Positions 1 to 9,900 of a stretch of 64,000 bases of DNA are shown here, one piece after another (the stretch's first letter is position 1; each line of letters opens with the position of its first letter). The position numbers and the translations under genes are program-made. The notes below the pieces were generated by a model. The model searched no databases. It was not told the origin of the DNA and saw nothing but the letters and a program-made list of their open reading frames with translations. This DNA is from Candidatus Omnitrophota bacterium (lineage in GTDB: Bacteria > Omnitrophota > Gorgyraeia > Tantalellales > Tantalellaceae): the NCBI GenBank assembly GCA_015231405.1, contig JADGBR010000014.1:3555-67554 (forward strand). Reading direction: 5' to 3'.

Positions 1-76
1 CGTCGACCTCGACCGTCGGGTTACCCCTTGAATCCATTATCTCCCTTCCGATAACTTTAGTGATCTTCGTAGACAT
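1..76 (-). CDS. eno: Enolase, N-terminal fragment (gene runs off the window start)
   Basis: Minus strand from ATG at 76 reads MSTKITKVIGREIMDSRGNPTVEVD, the enolase N-terminal DSRGNPTVEV signature; AAGGAG RBS just upstream. Confidence 0.95.
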   Translation of the reverse strand, partial: MSTKITKVIGREIMDSRGNPTVEVD

Positions 77-112
77 TTTTTCTCCTTTTTTTAGCTATCA
101 GCCTTGTCCTTC

Positions 113-739
113 TTAATCCCTTATCCTGACCTTATTTTCCTCGACAACGATCCTCCCCTCGCAAAACAGCCTTACAGCCTCCGGATACAACCGATGCTCG
201 ACCTTATGTATCTTTTCCTCCAACGTCTCGAGCGTATCTCCCTTCTCGATACTGACCTCTTCCTGCAGTATCACCGGGCCCGAATCAAGTTCCTCCGTCA
301 CGAAATGAACGGTCACCCCGGTGACGCTTGTCCCGGAAACGAACGCGTCACGGATCCCGCAAGCGCCTTTAAATGACGGCAACAGCGAGGGATGTATGTT
401 CATTATCCTACCCTCGAGCGATCTGACAAACCAACCGCTCAATATCCTCATGAACCCGGCCAGGACGACAAGACCTATCCCGGCCTCCTTAAGCCGGCCG
501 GAAATGACCTTGTCGTATGCCTCACGCGTCGCATAGCCTTTCTTCTCAAGAACGAATACGGGTATCCCGGCTTTTTCCGCGCGTTTAACGGCAAAAGCCC
601 CGGGGTTATCCGAAACTACTAGCTCTATCCGCCCTCCTGAAAGGCCTTTTCCCGCCTCGCAGTCAATGAGCGCCTGAAGGTTCGACCCGTTACCCGAAAC
701 GAACACGGCGATATTCGTGGTTTTCATTATGCCGCTCAT
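113..739 (-). CDS. purN: Phosphoribosylglycinamide formyltransferase
   Basis: SGNGSNLQAL, VLAGFMRIL, NIHPSLLPSFKG and TGVTVHFVTEELDSGPVILQ motifs; true start may be ATG at 727 (TATAAT at 738-743). Confidence 0.96.
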   Translation of the reverse strand: MSGIMKTTNIAVFVSGNGSNLQALIDCEAGKGLSGGRIELVVSDNPGAFAVKRAEKAGIPVFVLEKKGYATREAYDKVISGRLKEAGIGLVVLAGFMRILSGWFVRSLEGRIMNIHPSLLPSFKGACGIRDAFVSGTSVTGVTVHFVTEELDSGPVILQEEVSIEKGDTLETLEEKIHKVEHRLYPEAVRLFCEGRIVVEENKVRIRD

Positions 740-781
740 TATACCCCGTGGAGAGGCCCGAACGCAATCGCTACCCGCTCA

Positions 782-1825
782 TTAATGTAAAATAACGAGC
801 AGAAAAAAGTACACCGCCATTACTATCAGCCCGACCGGCACTCCGAATCGCGCCCATTCCGAACTTTTGATCTTCAGCTTCCCCGCAGAAATTATATTAG
901 GGATATTGCCGGGAATGAGCATACCCCCCGCTATCAAAAGACCTATAATAGCCGCTTTTAACTGCAAAAGCCCCATGTTTGGGCCTATCTCAGCCGCCGC
1001 TAGAGTAGCGTTGTCGAGGATCGCTGAGACACTGTTCAGCCAATACAGGCCCTGGTAAGGGATCCTGGATATATAAACATCGATGATCGGCTTGAACCCC
1101 TTTCCCAGGAATATCAACGCCATCACAAAAAAATAAACCTTAACGGCCCTGATAATTACCTCCTTTGGGGTCTCACCACGCGAACTCACCATTCCTTTAT
1201 CGCCCTCGCGCCTTAGAGGCACCATTGCCGCGCCCAAGAAACCGAACAAGAGAACACCCGAAACGATATAGAGCCAAAGATTCTTCAGTAAAAAAAAGAA
1301 ATCCGCGTAATACGGCGCCGGCCTCAGCTTAGCGATAACTATCGTCGAAAGCGGCTCCCCGATAGGCGTGAGCGCAGCGCCCAATCCTATCGAGTAACAG
1401 GCAAGGATCACGATCTTTATCTCATGCTTTCTTTCGAGGGTCAAACAGCCGATCACCGCCACCAGGACAAGAGCGGCGATAATAGCGGTTATGACGCTGG
1501 ACACTAGCCCCAGGAGCACGATGACAAGGAATGAAAATGTCCTGAGGCCGATAGCGTCGGCTATCTTATTGACATTCTGGGTGATCTCGTCCCGGAAGGA
1601 CCTGAATATAAAACCCGCCGCGAGGACCGCGAGGGCTATCTTTACCGGCTCAACTAAGGCTTCTTTTATCAAACCGAGCTCCCACTGCGAGGTGATCGTC
1701 ACCGCGATGGAGCCCATGATGAAAAGAAAGATCTCAAGCTCTTCCTCGATCTTCCTGACCAAAAAAGGTCCCAAGAGAACGACCGCCAGAATAAGGAATA
1801 AGCCGGGAAAGGAAAATGATGTCAT
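782..1825 (-). CDS. Polytopic membrane protein, DUF1646-like (ion transporter superfamily)
   Basis: About 10 hydrophobic helices; GLGAALTPIGEPLSTI, SAILDNATLAAAEI and GGMLIPGNIPNII motifs recalled as DUF1646/IT superfamily. Confidence 0.75.
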   Translation of the reverse strand: MTSFSFPGLFLILAVVLLGPFLVRKIEEELEIFLFIMGSIAVTITSQWELGLIKEALVEPVKIALAVLAAGFIFRSFRDEITQNVNKIADAIGLRTFSFLVIVLLGLVSSVITAIIAALVLVAVIGCLTLERKHEIKIVILACYSIGLGAALTPIGEPLSTIVIAKLRPAPYYADFFFLLKNLWLYIVSGVLLFGFLGAAMVPLRREGDKGMVSSRGETPKEVIIRAVKVYFFVMALIFLGKGFKPIIDVYISRIPYQGLYWLNSVSAILDNATLAAAEIGPNMGLLQLKAAIIGLLIAGGMLIPGNIPNIISAGKLKIKSSEWARFGVPVGLIVMAVYFFLLVILH

Positions 1826-1838
1826 AACGAGATGGAAC

Positions 1839-1914
1839 TGGAGCCCGCGAGTGGAGTCGAACCACCGACCTAAGCATTACGAATGCTTTGCTCTACCAAC
1901 TGAGCTACACGGGC
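1839..1914 (-). tRNA. tRNA-Thr(CGT)
   Basis: Minus strand GCCCGTG..AGCTCAGTTGGTAGAGC..AAGCA-TTCGTAA-TGCTT..GGTTCGACTCC..CGCGGGC-TCCA; 76-nt cloverleaf with encoded CCA. Confidence 0.96.
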
Positions 1915-2075
1915 GCTAGTGATTTCCCATAAGATTCTATAATTAAACGAACGGTTTTTCAAGGATAATCAACATAGGGTCAAGGGGCAAGGGGTATGGG
2001 TATTGTGTGTTTCTATATCGTACTCGTACAGCCTTCCACTTTCCCTGCCCCTTGCCCCCTGCCCCTTTATTTTTA

Positions 2076-2104
2076 TTGACCGTGATATGCTTTTGTTATA
2101 TCAT
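2076..2104 (+). promoter_or_regulatory. Sigma70-type promoter TTGACC-N17-TATCAT
   Basis: Near-consensus -35/-10 with 17-nt spacer, upstream of the Cys-rich small ORF at 2133. Confidence 0.6.
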
Positions 2105-2132
2105 TGTCGTGAACTCAACCTTACTTCATACA

Positions 2133-2321
2133 ATGCTTGGAAAAAAAGTAAAAAAATTATATTGCTGCGAAAAGTGCAAGAATTACTGGACCTGCGAACA
2201 GAAATGGTATCGCGGGGAAAGAGGGGAGGAGAACATATGCTGTTCCCTCTGCATATTCTTCGAAGCCCACTGGCGCAATATCCCGAAACCCCCGATAACG
2301 AGTAAAAAACCCCGCAGATAA
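2133..2321 (+). CDS. Small Cys-rich (putative metal-binding) protein, 62 aa
   Basis: MLGKKVKKLYCCEKCKNYWTCEQKWYRGERGEENICCSLC..., two CCxxC clusters; preceded by a good promoter. Confidence 0.6.
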   Translation: MLGKKVKKLYCCEKCKNYWTCEQKWYRGERGEENICCSLCIFFEAHWRNIPKPPITSKKPRR

Positions 2322-2364
2322 ATCTTTTTCCCCCGGGGCGACATAGGGTATAATAGCTACCGTT

Positions 2365-3504
2365 ATGGCATTCGGATTTCTTAAGACCAGATTCATCCTT
2401 TATTTCATGCTCCTCGTAGCGCTTGGCGTGTTCCTCTTCAACTCGCTCCTCACTCGGCAAAGCGCTATCATGTACAGGTATTTCATCGAAAAGCCTTCGG
2501 CTTACAACCTCGAAAGGGCCGAGAGGCTCTCGACGTCGATATACAACAGCTTCAAGAAAGAGGTCCTCATCCCCTCTATCGAGAACATCGAAGCCTTTAT
2601 TAAAAAATATAACGATATACCTTTTCTCAGCGTCAATTTCATATACTCGGACGCCTCGGGGAACATGAAAAGCGTAGTAGGCGACGTCAAGGACATTGAC
2701 ATCCTGAACGCGGAATACGTTTACCAGATAAGGTCAGGGACGGAGAACATCGGGACGCTTCTCGTGTACGACATAAACAAGGAATACAAGAAAGGTCTGG
2801 GCGAGTACGACCATATCCTCAACGTAACGCGCGTTTCGTTCAGTTTTCTCCTCATTTTTCTTCTCTCGATCTTCATATACAGGGAATACAGCGTGAGCAT
2901 GGAGCACAGGAAACGCATAGCCGAGTACCAGGCGGTGCACGACGGCCTGACGGGGATGTACACCAACAAATATTTCAAGGAACACCTCGCGCAGGAGATG
3001 AAAAAATCAAGAAGGTCGGGCCTGCCCCTCTGCCTATTGATGTGCGATGTCGACCATTTCAAGCGGTTCAACGATACTTACGGCCATCTCGCCGGGGACG
3101 TGGTCCTCCAGCATGTCGCCAGGATAATCGCCGAGAACGTCAGGGAATCCGACATAGTCGCCCGTTACGGCGGCGAGGAATTCGCGGTCATACTTCTGGA
3201 CACGGGCGCGAAAAAAGGCCATGACGCCGCGAAGCGGACCACTCCCCCTTTCACCGAGGAATCCCTCATGATCGCCCAGAGGATAAAAAAGAAGATCGAG
3301 ACCGCCCGCGTGCGCCTCGATTCCGACACCGAGGTCGGAGTGACAATGAGCGTGGGCCTCTCTTTCTACACCGACGAGACCGAACATACGCAGTCTTCAC
3401 TGGTCCACGAGGCGGACCAGGCGTTATACCAGTCTAAGAACAACGGAAGGAACAGGATCACGGTGTCTTATCCGGGGAAAGACGAGACGGTAGAGTATGT
3501 ATAG
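2365..3504 (+). CDS. Membrane-anchored diguanylate cyclase (periplasmic sensor + GGDEF)
   Basis: Two TM helices flanking a sensor region; DGLTG, DVDHFKRFNDTYGHLAGD, RESD I-site, RYGGEEF and ADQALYQSKNNGRN. Confidence 0.93.
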   Translation: MAFGFLKTRFILYFMLLVALGVFLFNSLLTRQSAIMYRYFIEKPSAYNLERAERLSTSIYNSFKKEVLIPSIENIEAFIKKYNDIPFLSVNFIYSDASGNMKSVVGDVKDIDILNAEYVYQIRSGTENIGTLLVYDINKEYKKGLGEYDHILNVTRVSFSFLLIFLLSIFIYREYSVSMEHRKRIAEYQAVHDGLTGMYTNKYFKEHLAQEMKKSRRSGLPLCLLMCDVDHFKRFNDTYGHLAGDVVLQHVARIIAENVRESDIVARYGGEEFAVILLDTGAKKGHDAAKRTTPPFTEESLMIAQRIKKKIETARVRLDSDTEVGVTMSVGLSFYTDETEHTQSSLVHEADQALYQSKNNGRNRITVSYPGKDETVEYV

Positions 3505-3538
3505 TTAACGTAGGACGTCATAAATTAATTAAGTGAAC

Positions 3539-4504
3539 TCACAGATAAGCTTTTTCAGAGAGATAATTAACTATATAATCCCCGACCGAATCCTCCAGGG
3601 ACTTGAACTTGACCGAGCATCCGGTCCGAACGAGTTTAGACATATCGGCCTGGGTAAAATACTGGTATTTAGGCCTTAAGTGTTCCGGCATATCCATATA
3701 CTCTATTTTTTCCTTTTTTCCCGCCGCCTTGAACATCGCTTTAGCCAGGTCGTTCCAGCTCCGGGCTTTACCTGTCCCCAGGTTAAAGATGCCCGAACGT
3801 CCCGGTTCCGAAAATAACTTGAACATGACGTCGACCACGTCTTTGACATAGATAAAATCCCTTTTCTGTTCGCCGTCGGCGATACCCTTGCGATAGGACT
3901 TGAAAAGCTTGATACACCCATTCGACGCCACTTCATCGTACTTTTTACAGACGACGCTCATCATGTCGCCTTTATGGTACTCGTTCGGGCCGAACACATT
4001 GAAAAATTTAAGCCCGGTGACCTTGTTCGCTAATTTGTTCTCGAGGACCCACATATCGAAAAGCTGTTTTGAATAGCCGTACATATTGAGCGGCTTAAGA
4101 CCGCAGGTCATATCGTCGGAATCCGAGTAACCGAGCTCGCCGTCGCCGTAAGTCGCGGCCGATGAGGCGTACATGAACGGCGTCTTGTTCTTTAAAGCCC
4201 ATGAAGCCAGGGCTTTTGAATACCCGAAATTATTCCTTATGAAATGGTCCGCGTCGGTACAAGTCGTGGAGCTCGTCGCGCCTATGTGGACCACGTGATC
4301 CGCCTTCCCTAGTTTACCGGACTCGACGAGTGAGAGGAGATCATCTTTCTGGATATAATCCGCGAAGAGTTTCCCCGACAGGTTCTTCCATTTCTCCGAG
4401 GAATCAAGATGGTCGACAACTATTATGTCGCTTATCCCTTCCTGGTTAAGCTTCCAGAGAAAAACGCTCCCGATGAACCCCGCGCCGCCTGTCAAGATTA
4501 TCAT
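3539..4504 (-). CDS. hldD: ADP-L-glycero-D-manno-heptose-6-epimerase
   Basis: TGGAGFIGS, YASSAATYG, PLNMYGYSK, FFNVFGPNEYHKGDM, RDFIYVKD and YQYFTQAD motifs. Confidence 0.95.
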   Translation of the reverse strand: MIILTGGAGFIGSVFLWKLNQEGISDIIVVDHLDSSEKWKNLSGKLFADYIQKDDLLSLVESGKLGKADHVVHIGATSSTTCTDADHFIRNNFGYSKALASWALKNKTPFMYASSAATYGDGELGYSDSDDMTCGLKPLNMYGYSKQLFDMWVLENKLANKVTGLKFFNVFGPNEYHKGDMMSVVCKKYDEVASNGCIKLFKSYRKGIADGEQKRDFIYVKDVVDVMFKLFSEPGRSGIFNLGTGKARSWNDLAKAMFKAAGKKEKIEYMDMPEHLRPKYQYFTQADMSKLVRTGCSVKFKSLEDSVGDYIVNYLSEKAYL

Positions 4505-4554
4505 GGTTGCCTCCTTCGACGATCGATCCCCGACCGTCGATCATCGTTCATGCC

Positions 4555-5616
4555 TTACGATCCGCCGCCGGAGGCGTCATCCTTCTCATCCCCGCCATCC
4601 GAACCCGTCACACCCTTGATGAGTTTCATTATCTCGCGCTTTTTCTTCGCCAGCAAAATAAGGAAGGCGGTCTCTTTGAGGAACAATTTAACGTCCCTGG
4701 CGGGATAACCCCATAGTACCGAACCGTCCTTGACATTATGTTTTATGACGGCGGACTTCGCGCCTATCTGGACGTTATTGCCTATCTTCACATGGTCCGA
4801 TACCCCGGACTGCCCGCCCATCATCACATTGTCCCCGACTGTCGAGGATCCCGCGATGCCTGACTGAGCCGCGACAAATACGTTCTTACCCATTTTTACA
4901 TTATGGGCTATCTGCACGAGATTATCAAGTTTGACGTTATCCCCTACCACGGTATTGTCGAAAGTGCCCCTGTCCACGCAGCTATTTGCGCCTATCTCGA
5001 CATTATCACCGATAACCGCCACTCCCATCTGCGGGACTTTGTATATCCCGTCGGGCCTCGTAATAAAGCCGAACCCGTCGGCCCCGATAACGGCGCCTGA
5101 ATGAATTATCGTATTCCTGCCTATCACCGAACCGTAGTATACCGTGACGTTATCGTAGATCCGCGTACCTTCGCCGATCCGCACGTCGTCGCCGATGACC
5201 GTATTGTTCCCTATCGACACGTCTTTCCCGATATCGGCTCTCTCGCCGATAACCGCGTTCGCTCCTATCCCGGAATTTGCTCCGATCTTCGCGGTCCCGC
5301 TTATGATCGCCCTGGGATGTATCTCGCCCTTAGGCTGGGGCATTATCTTGAGAAAAGTGTTATAGATGACCGTAAGAGAAAGCTTGATATCCCTGACCTT
5401 GATCACCGGCTTTGGGTACCCGGCGGACACGTCCATATTGGTCATAACACAGGATGCCGGGCCGTTCTTCGCGGCCTCAAGCTGTTCGGGGACGACCGCG
5501 AACGTCAAACATCCCGGACCTGAGTGATACGGCGAGGCAAGGCCCGTGATCTTCACACCCGCTTCTCCGGAAATTTCACCGCTAACCAGCTTAGCCGCTT
5601 CCTGGACCGTTATCAT
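4555..5616 (-). CDS. lpxD: UDP-3-O-(3-hydroxyacyl)glucosamine N-acyltransferase
   Basis: Hexapeptide repeats; IGADGFGF, VEIGANSCVDRG, KLDNLVQIAHNV motifs. Confidence 0.95.
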   Translation of the reverse strand: MITVQEAAKLVSGEISGEAGVKITGLASPYHSGPGCLTFAVVPEQLEAAKNGPASCVMTNMDVSAGYPKPVIKVRDIKLSLTVIYNTFLKIMPQPKGEIHPRAIISGTAKIGANSGIGANAVIGERADIGKDVSIGNNTVIGDDVRIGEGTRIYDNVTVYYGSVIGRNTIIHSGAVIGADGFGFITRPDGIYKVPQMGVAVIGDNVEIGANSCVDRGTFDNTVVGDNVKLDNLVQIAHNVKMGKNVFVAAQSGIAGSSTVGDNVMMGGQSGVSDHVKIGNNVQIGAKSAVIKHNVKDGSVLWGYPARDVKLFLKETAFLILLAKKKREIMKLIKGVTGSDGGDEKDDASGGGS

Positions 5617-5640
5617 GACACCGCCCTTTTTAAATGGAAA

Positions 5641-5681
5641 GGGACAGCTTCCGTTCTTTCCGGAAGCTGTCCCCTTTTTTT
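5641..5681. terminator. 13-bp stem hairpin downstream of HU (terminator or REP-like)
   Basis: GGGACAGCTTCCG-ttctttc-CGGAAGCTGTCCC followed by a T-run on + and preceded by a short A-run. Confidence 0.55.
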
Positions 5682-5690
5682 ACAAAAAAC

Positions 5691-5975
5691 TTACAGGCTA
5701 TCCTTGAGGCTTTTCCCCGCCCTGAAAGTCACGGTCTTCTTCGCGGAGATCTTTATCGATTTTCCGGTCTGGGGATTACGGCCGGTCCTGGCTTTCCTGA
5801 TCTTCATCTGGAAAGTTCCGAGTTCCGGTAAACGGATAACTCTTTCCTTATCCTTGCCTTTCGAGAGGCGGTCCACAAGAGCGGCTGCCACGTAATCATA
5901 CGCCCTCGAAGCGTCCGCTTTCGTGCCGTACTTGCCCAGTTTCGCGATGGAATCGATCAATTCTGCTTTGTTCAT
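5691..5975 (-). CDS. hup: HU/IHF family DNA-binding protein
   Basis: MNKAELID start; GTF..RKARTGRNPQTGKSIKI..TFRAGKSLKD. Confidence 0.92.
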   Translation of the reverse strand: MNKAELIDSIAKLGKYGTKADASRAYDYVAAALVDRLSKGKDKERVIRLPELGTFQMKIRKARTGRNPQTGKSIKISAKKTVTFRAGKSLKDSL

Positions 5976-6029
5976 TAACGACCTCCTTTTACTGTTTTAT
6001 AAATTTTGTTTTACAAAACAAACACCGGT

Positions 6030-6058
6030 ACTATACAAAATAACGACCTCTTTGTCAA
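6030..6058 (-). promoter_or_regulatory. Sigma70 promoter of HU gene, TTGACA-N17-TATAGT
   Basis: Consensus -35 with 17-nt spacer; AGGAGG RBS before the ATG at 5975. Confidence 0.75.
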
Positions 6059-6158
6059 TATGAAATAGCTAAATTAAGGGTTTCGGGGGATAGACCTGAA
6101 ATGGGCCTTATTTTATGGGCTTTTCGGAAAGTTGCACCTTCCATCTGAACAACCAATG

Positions 6159-6203
6159 AGTCAGACTGTGTCCCTCTATTAGGCATTATGACACAGTCTG
6201 ACT
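6159..6203. repeat. 14-bp perfect inverted repeat (REP-like hairpin)
   Basis: AGTCAGACTGTGTC-17nt-GACACAGTCTGACT; contains GTCAGAC, also present in the RAYT terminal repeats. Confidence 0.6.
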
Positions 6204-6236
6204 AAAGACTTTAAGTTCATCGGGCGAAGTCGTATA

Positions 6237-6629
6237 ATGCTCAGCATGGAAAAGAAGACCCGTCAATTTCTTTACAGGGCGCGTTTCTACTACTGGCCGA
6301 AATTCGTCGAGCGTTATTTATTGTGGGGGATCCTTCTGATCGCCATTATCACGGCTTTTTCCGAGCATTATCTGAAAAAGAACGCCCCTATGCTATTCAT
6401 GGCGCTTTTATCCTTCACGCTTCTTTTCATGGGATCAACCTCCATCCGCACCGGAAAACTCCCGAACACCCGCGGCGCCGAATACTCATCAGACCTCGCC
6501 AAAGCCTCAGGTTGGATAATGGTAGCCATAGCCGCGATGACGCTCCTAGCGTGCTCCATCGATCTCATCTCTCTTCTTTTTGCCGTAGCGGAAAGGGTGA
6601 ATTTGTCGCGGAGAACGGGAAGATGGTAA
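6237..6629 (+). CDS. Hypothetical membrane protein (3 TM)
   Basis: Three hydrophobic segments; TATAAT at 6233-6238 suggests a leaderless start at ATG 6246. Confidence 0.6.
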   Translation: MLSMEKKTRQFLYRARFYYWPKFVERYLLWGILLIAIITAFSEHYLKKNAPMLFMALLSFTLLFMGSTSIRTGKLPNTRGAEYSSDLAKASGWIMVAIAAMTLLACSIDLISLLFAVAERVNLSRRTGRW

Positions 6630-6726
6630 ACGCGTTGGTTGTTGGCAGGTATCTGGACATCGGAGCATGGATCAAATCCCAATTCATTCCCGCATGGTCC
6701 TCCTTCGCCTTTCTTGTATGGCGAAG

Positions 6727-6770
6727 CCAACCGAAGCCAAATAATATAAAAATAGGTTGGCGAAGGTTGG
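6727..6770. repeat. 44-bp REP-like hairpin, copy 1 (overlaps the tRNA-Arg CCA end)
   Basis: CCAACCGAAGCCAAATAATATAAAAATAGGTTGGCGAAGGTTGG, 36/44 identical to 26119-26162 with compensatory stem changes. Confidence 0.75.
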
Positions 6771-6843
6771 CGTCCCCGGGCAGATTCGAACTGCCGCTTC
6801 CGGCTCCGGAGGCCGGTACTCTATCCAGCTGAGCTACGGGGAC
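6768..6843 (-). tRNA. tRNA-Arg(CCG)
   Basis: GTCCCCG..AGCTCAGCTGGATAGAG..CCGGC-CTCCGGA-GCCGG..GGCAGTTCGAATCTGCC-CGGGGAC-GCCA; 76 nt. Confidence 0.96.
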
Positions 6844-6909
6844 AATAAGTGATTCTAGCACATTTGGAGGCCTTCCGAAAGGGCTTTTGGCGCTTCTTCT
6901 TCATATATC

Positions 6910-9900
6910 TTACGCCGCGGACATTGCGCCGAGCGTCGAGAGGTATTCTTCGTATTCCGCTTTTATCTCCTTTGTCACAAGCGTTACCGGCGGGAGCGCA
7001 TAGAGCCATCCGCCTGAGGCGCCTGTCTTTCTTATCTCGAGCGCTTTCATGAGAACCGCCTCGAACGAATAAAGGCCTCTTTCTATACCTACTATAATGA
7101 AGGGTATTTTCTCCCTTATCGAAAGGTCCGACATCCTCGCCGGATCGCCGGCGGGCCCTTTCAATACGCCGAGTATCTCTCCGGCGCCCTTGGCCCTGGC
7201 TGTACGGATCACGCTGTTCACTGTCTCCTCTTCAGTGAACTTCCCTTCGCGGCCGTTGGGCGCGAGGAAAACGACCTTTATGTCGGCGCCTGAACCGGCT
7301 ATCATCCTCTCCACAAGTACCGCGTTCTTTTCATCCTTGTAATGTATGAAGAACGTCATGCCTTTTAACAGAGTCGCCTCTTCGGTAAGACGCTTCACCG
7401 ACCGCCCGATGTCCAGCATCAGGGCGTCATTGATGATCTCGTCGGCGAATATGATGAAACCCCGTTTCGCCATGGGTTCATCCGCGGCAAGCTTGTCGAG
7501 CCCTTCGGTATATTCGTCCGTCGCGTACTCCTTTTTGCCCGCTAGCGCCTCGCCGCGCGACAATAACCCTTCCTCCAGGCTCATGAAACCGGGCTTCCCT
7601 TTGATCCCGTAGTAGGAGTCGAACCTTTCGGCGACATCGTGACCGTTGCCGTTATGCTCTGCCCCCTGCTGGTCACGGGTCTGGACGAACACGAACTTAA
7701 GATCCCCGTCCTCTTCCGAGATGCATCCTTCCATGTCCTGCTCATCTTCGAAAGATCCCCTTATTTTCATCGCCGAATCGAATATTCGTAAAAGTATGTC
7801 CTTGCATTCAGCAAGAGGTCTCGCGAAATGGTCTTTGTCATAACTTACCCTCTCCGTCACAAGCCCGCCGGCGCCGGAGACGAGCCTTTCGCTTTTATTG
7901 GCGAACGATATCCTCTTTATTTCGCGGGTTTTACGGTTTATAAGGAACCTGTGAGGAGAACCGGGATACTCTCCGCTTACAAGCGTCTCCCCCAGACCCT
8001 CGACTATCTCTATCACCATGTCCTCGGGATCCTCACCTACCGGGTCCAGCGTATGCACTACGAACCCGTAATCCGCCTTTTCCATCTTATGCACCAGCAC
8101 CGACATTCCCACTTCATCGTGCGGTATGCCGTTGGCCTCACGATCGAAATACGCCCTTTCGTTCCAGACGCTCATCCAGACCTTCTTTATGAATTCGTCC
8201 ACCATGCCGGGATCGTCCGGGGATATGTTGCCGAAAGAGTCGTATAAGCCCGCTCCGGCGTACCGTGGAAGATCTTCGGCGTTGGTGGACGACCTGAAAA
8301 AATAAAGCCCGCCGCCGAGCTCATCTTTTATCTTAGCGCAAATTGACTTGACCTCATCCTCCGGTATATCCAGGCTTTTGATCTTGAATTTCATGAGGTT
8401 CAGGAGGAACACGAGCTCTTCCCTGTCCGCCGAGCCCATCCTTTTTTCGATATAACTCATCTCCTCTTTTATCTTAGCGTTCTTTTTAAGGTCAAGGATA
8501 TGCTTATAAAAAGCGAATGAGATCGCCATATGCCGCGGCACTTTATCCCCGTAGCGGATGCCGGAGAGCCTGAGAGCCTTATTCCCGGCGTTCTCTAGCT
8601 TATACTCCCCGGGAGAGAGCAGGTATTCGCCGTCCGTCTCGACGGGCGGAACGGTAAAAGCCGACGCGACCTCATGGACCCTGTATGAACCCTCTTTAAT
8701 CTTATCGCCCAGGTCAGTTATGGCAAGGCCGTCATTCCCGGCTCGTATGATAATATCCTTGTCATGATACCCTTTGAGCATCTCTTCGACCGTGTCCGCG
8801 TCCGAGCACATGACGAACGGGATATTGAACTGCCGGGCCCTTATTGCCGGATGCGACAGGAGGCTTTCCTCTTTCATGATTATTATCCCAGCGCAATTCT
8901 CTATCGGCGGGCTTTCGGCGGGAAGCTCTTTAACCACGACGATGTCGGATGGTTGTATATCCTTCTGGTTCCTCACATCGTCGATGAACCTCAGTCTCCC
9001 TCTCATGTCCCCTTTTACAACGACCTGCCAGCCGGATATCCCTCCCTCGGTCATGACATGTTCCTTAACGTCCTTAAGGAACATCGAGAGAAGATAGATA
9101 GTATCCGACCTGAAAAGATTGGATGAGAAATTTTCGACCCATTCCTCGCCGTCGGGGCCCACGTTGAGTGCTCTCGCCGTCCTCTCGGCCATGGACTGGT
9201 ATTGAGCAATAATTTTTCCGGCTGATACGTTTATCAGCCTTTCGGCCCTGTTCATGAGCGAATATAGCCTGAGATATTTTTCTTCCCCGTATTGTTCCGG
9301 ATCAAAAGCCTCGACATCCCTCAACATCGCGTCGATCTCGTTCCTGTCGTAACCGTTGAAAGCGGTGTTCCTAAGAAGGATGGTCATCATCTCTTTCATC
9401 GAGGCTAGGTCCGTGACATCTTTTTCTATCCTGTTATACACGCTGTAAAAAAGCACCTCGAGCGAGTTAAGGAGCTGTATGCCGCTCGTCGCGGCTTCGC
9501 CCCTCGTGAACCTCGTGAGTTCAAAGACGATACCCCTCGCCCTTATGATCTCTCCGAGGTCATCGACACTTCGTCTCTCTCCGGAATAGTTCCTCCTTAC
9601 GATAGAGCCGACGTCGTCCTTTTCCGCGCCATATCCTTCGAAAGATCCCCGCCAGTTATTGAACAGCGTACCGATCCCTTCGAGATTGCCCTCTCCGTAA
9701 ACGGTCTCCAAAGTCGCGAGCGCCGTGTTGCAGGCGTTTATCACCCTTTGCCTTCTCGCAGCGTCAGGGATGGCGTCAGACGCCTCCACCGTGTAACCGC
9801 ACTTGCGTATGCTTTGAGCTACGTTCTCGTCGGAACAATTCGAGACCAGCCAATCCCGAAGTAGCCGGACAACATAAAGATGCTGCGGCGATGGGCGGTT

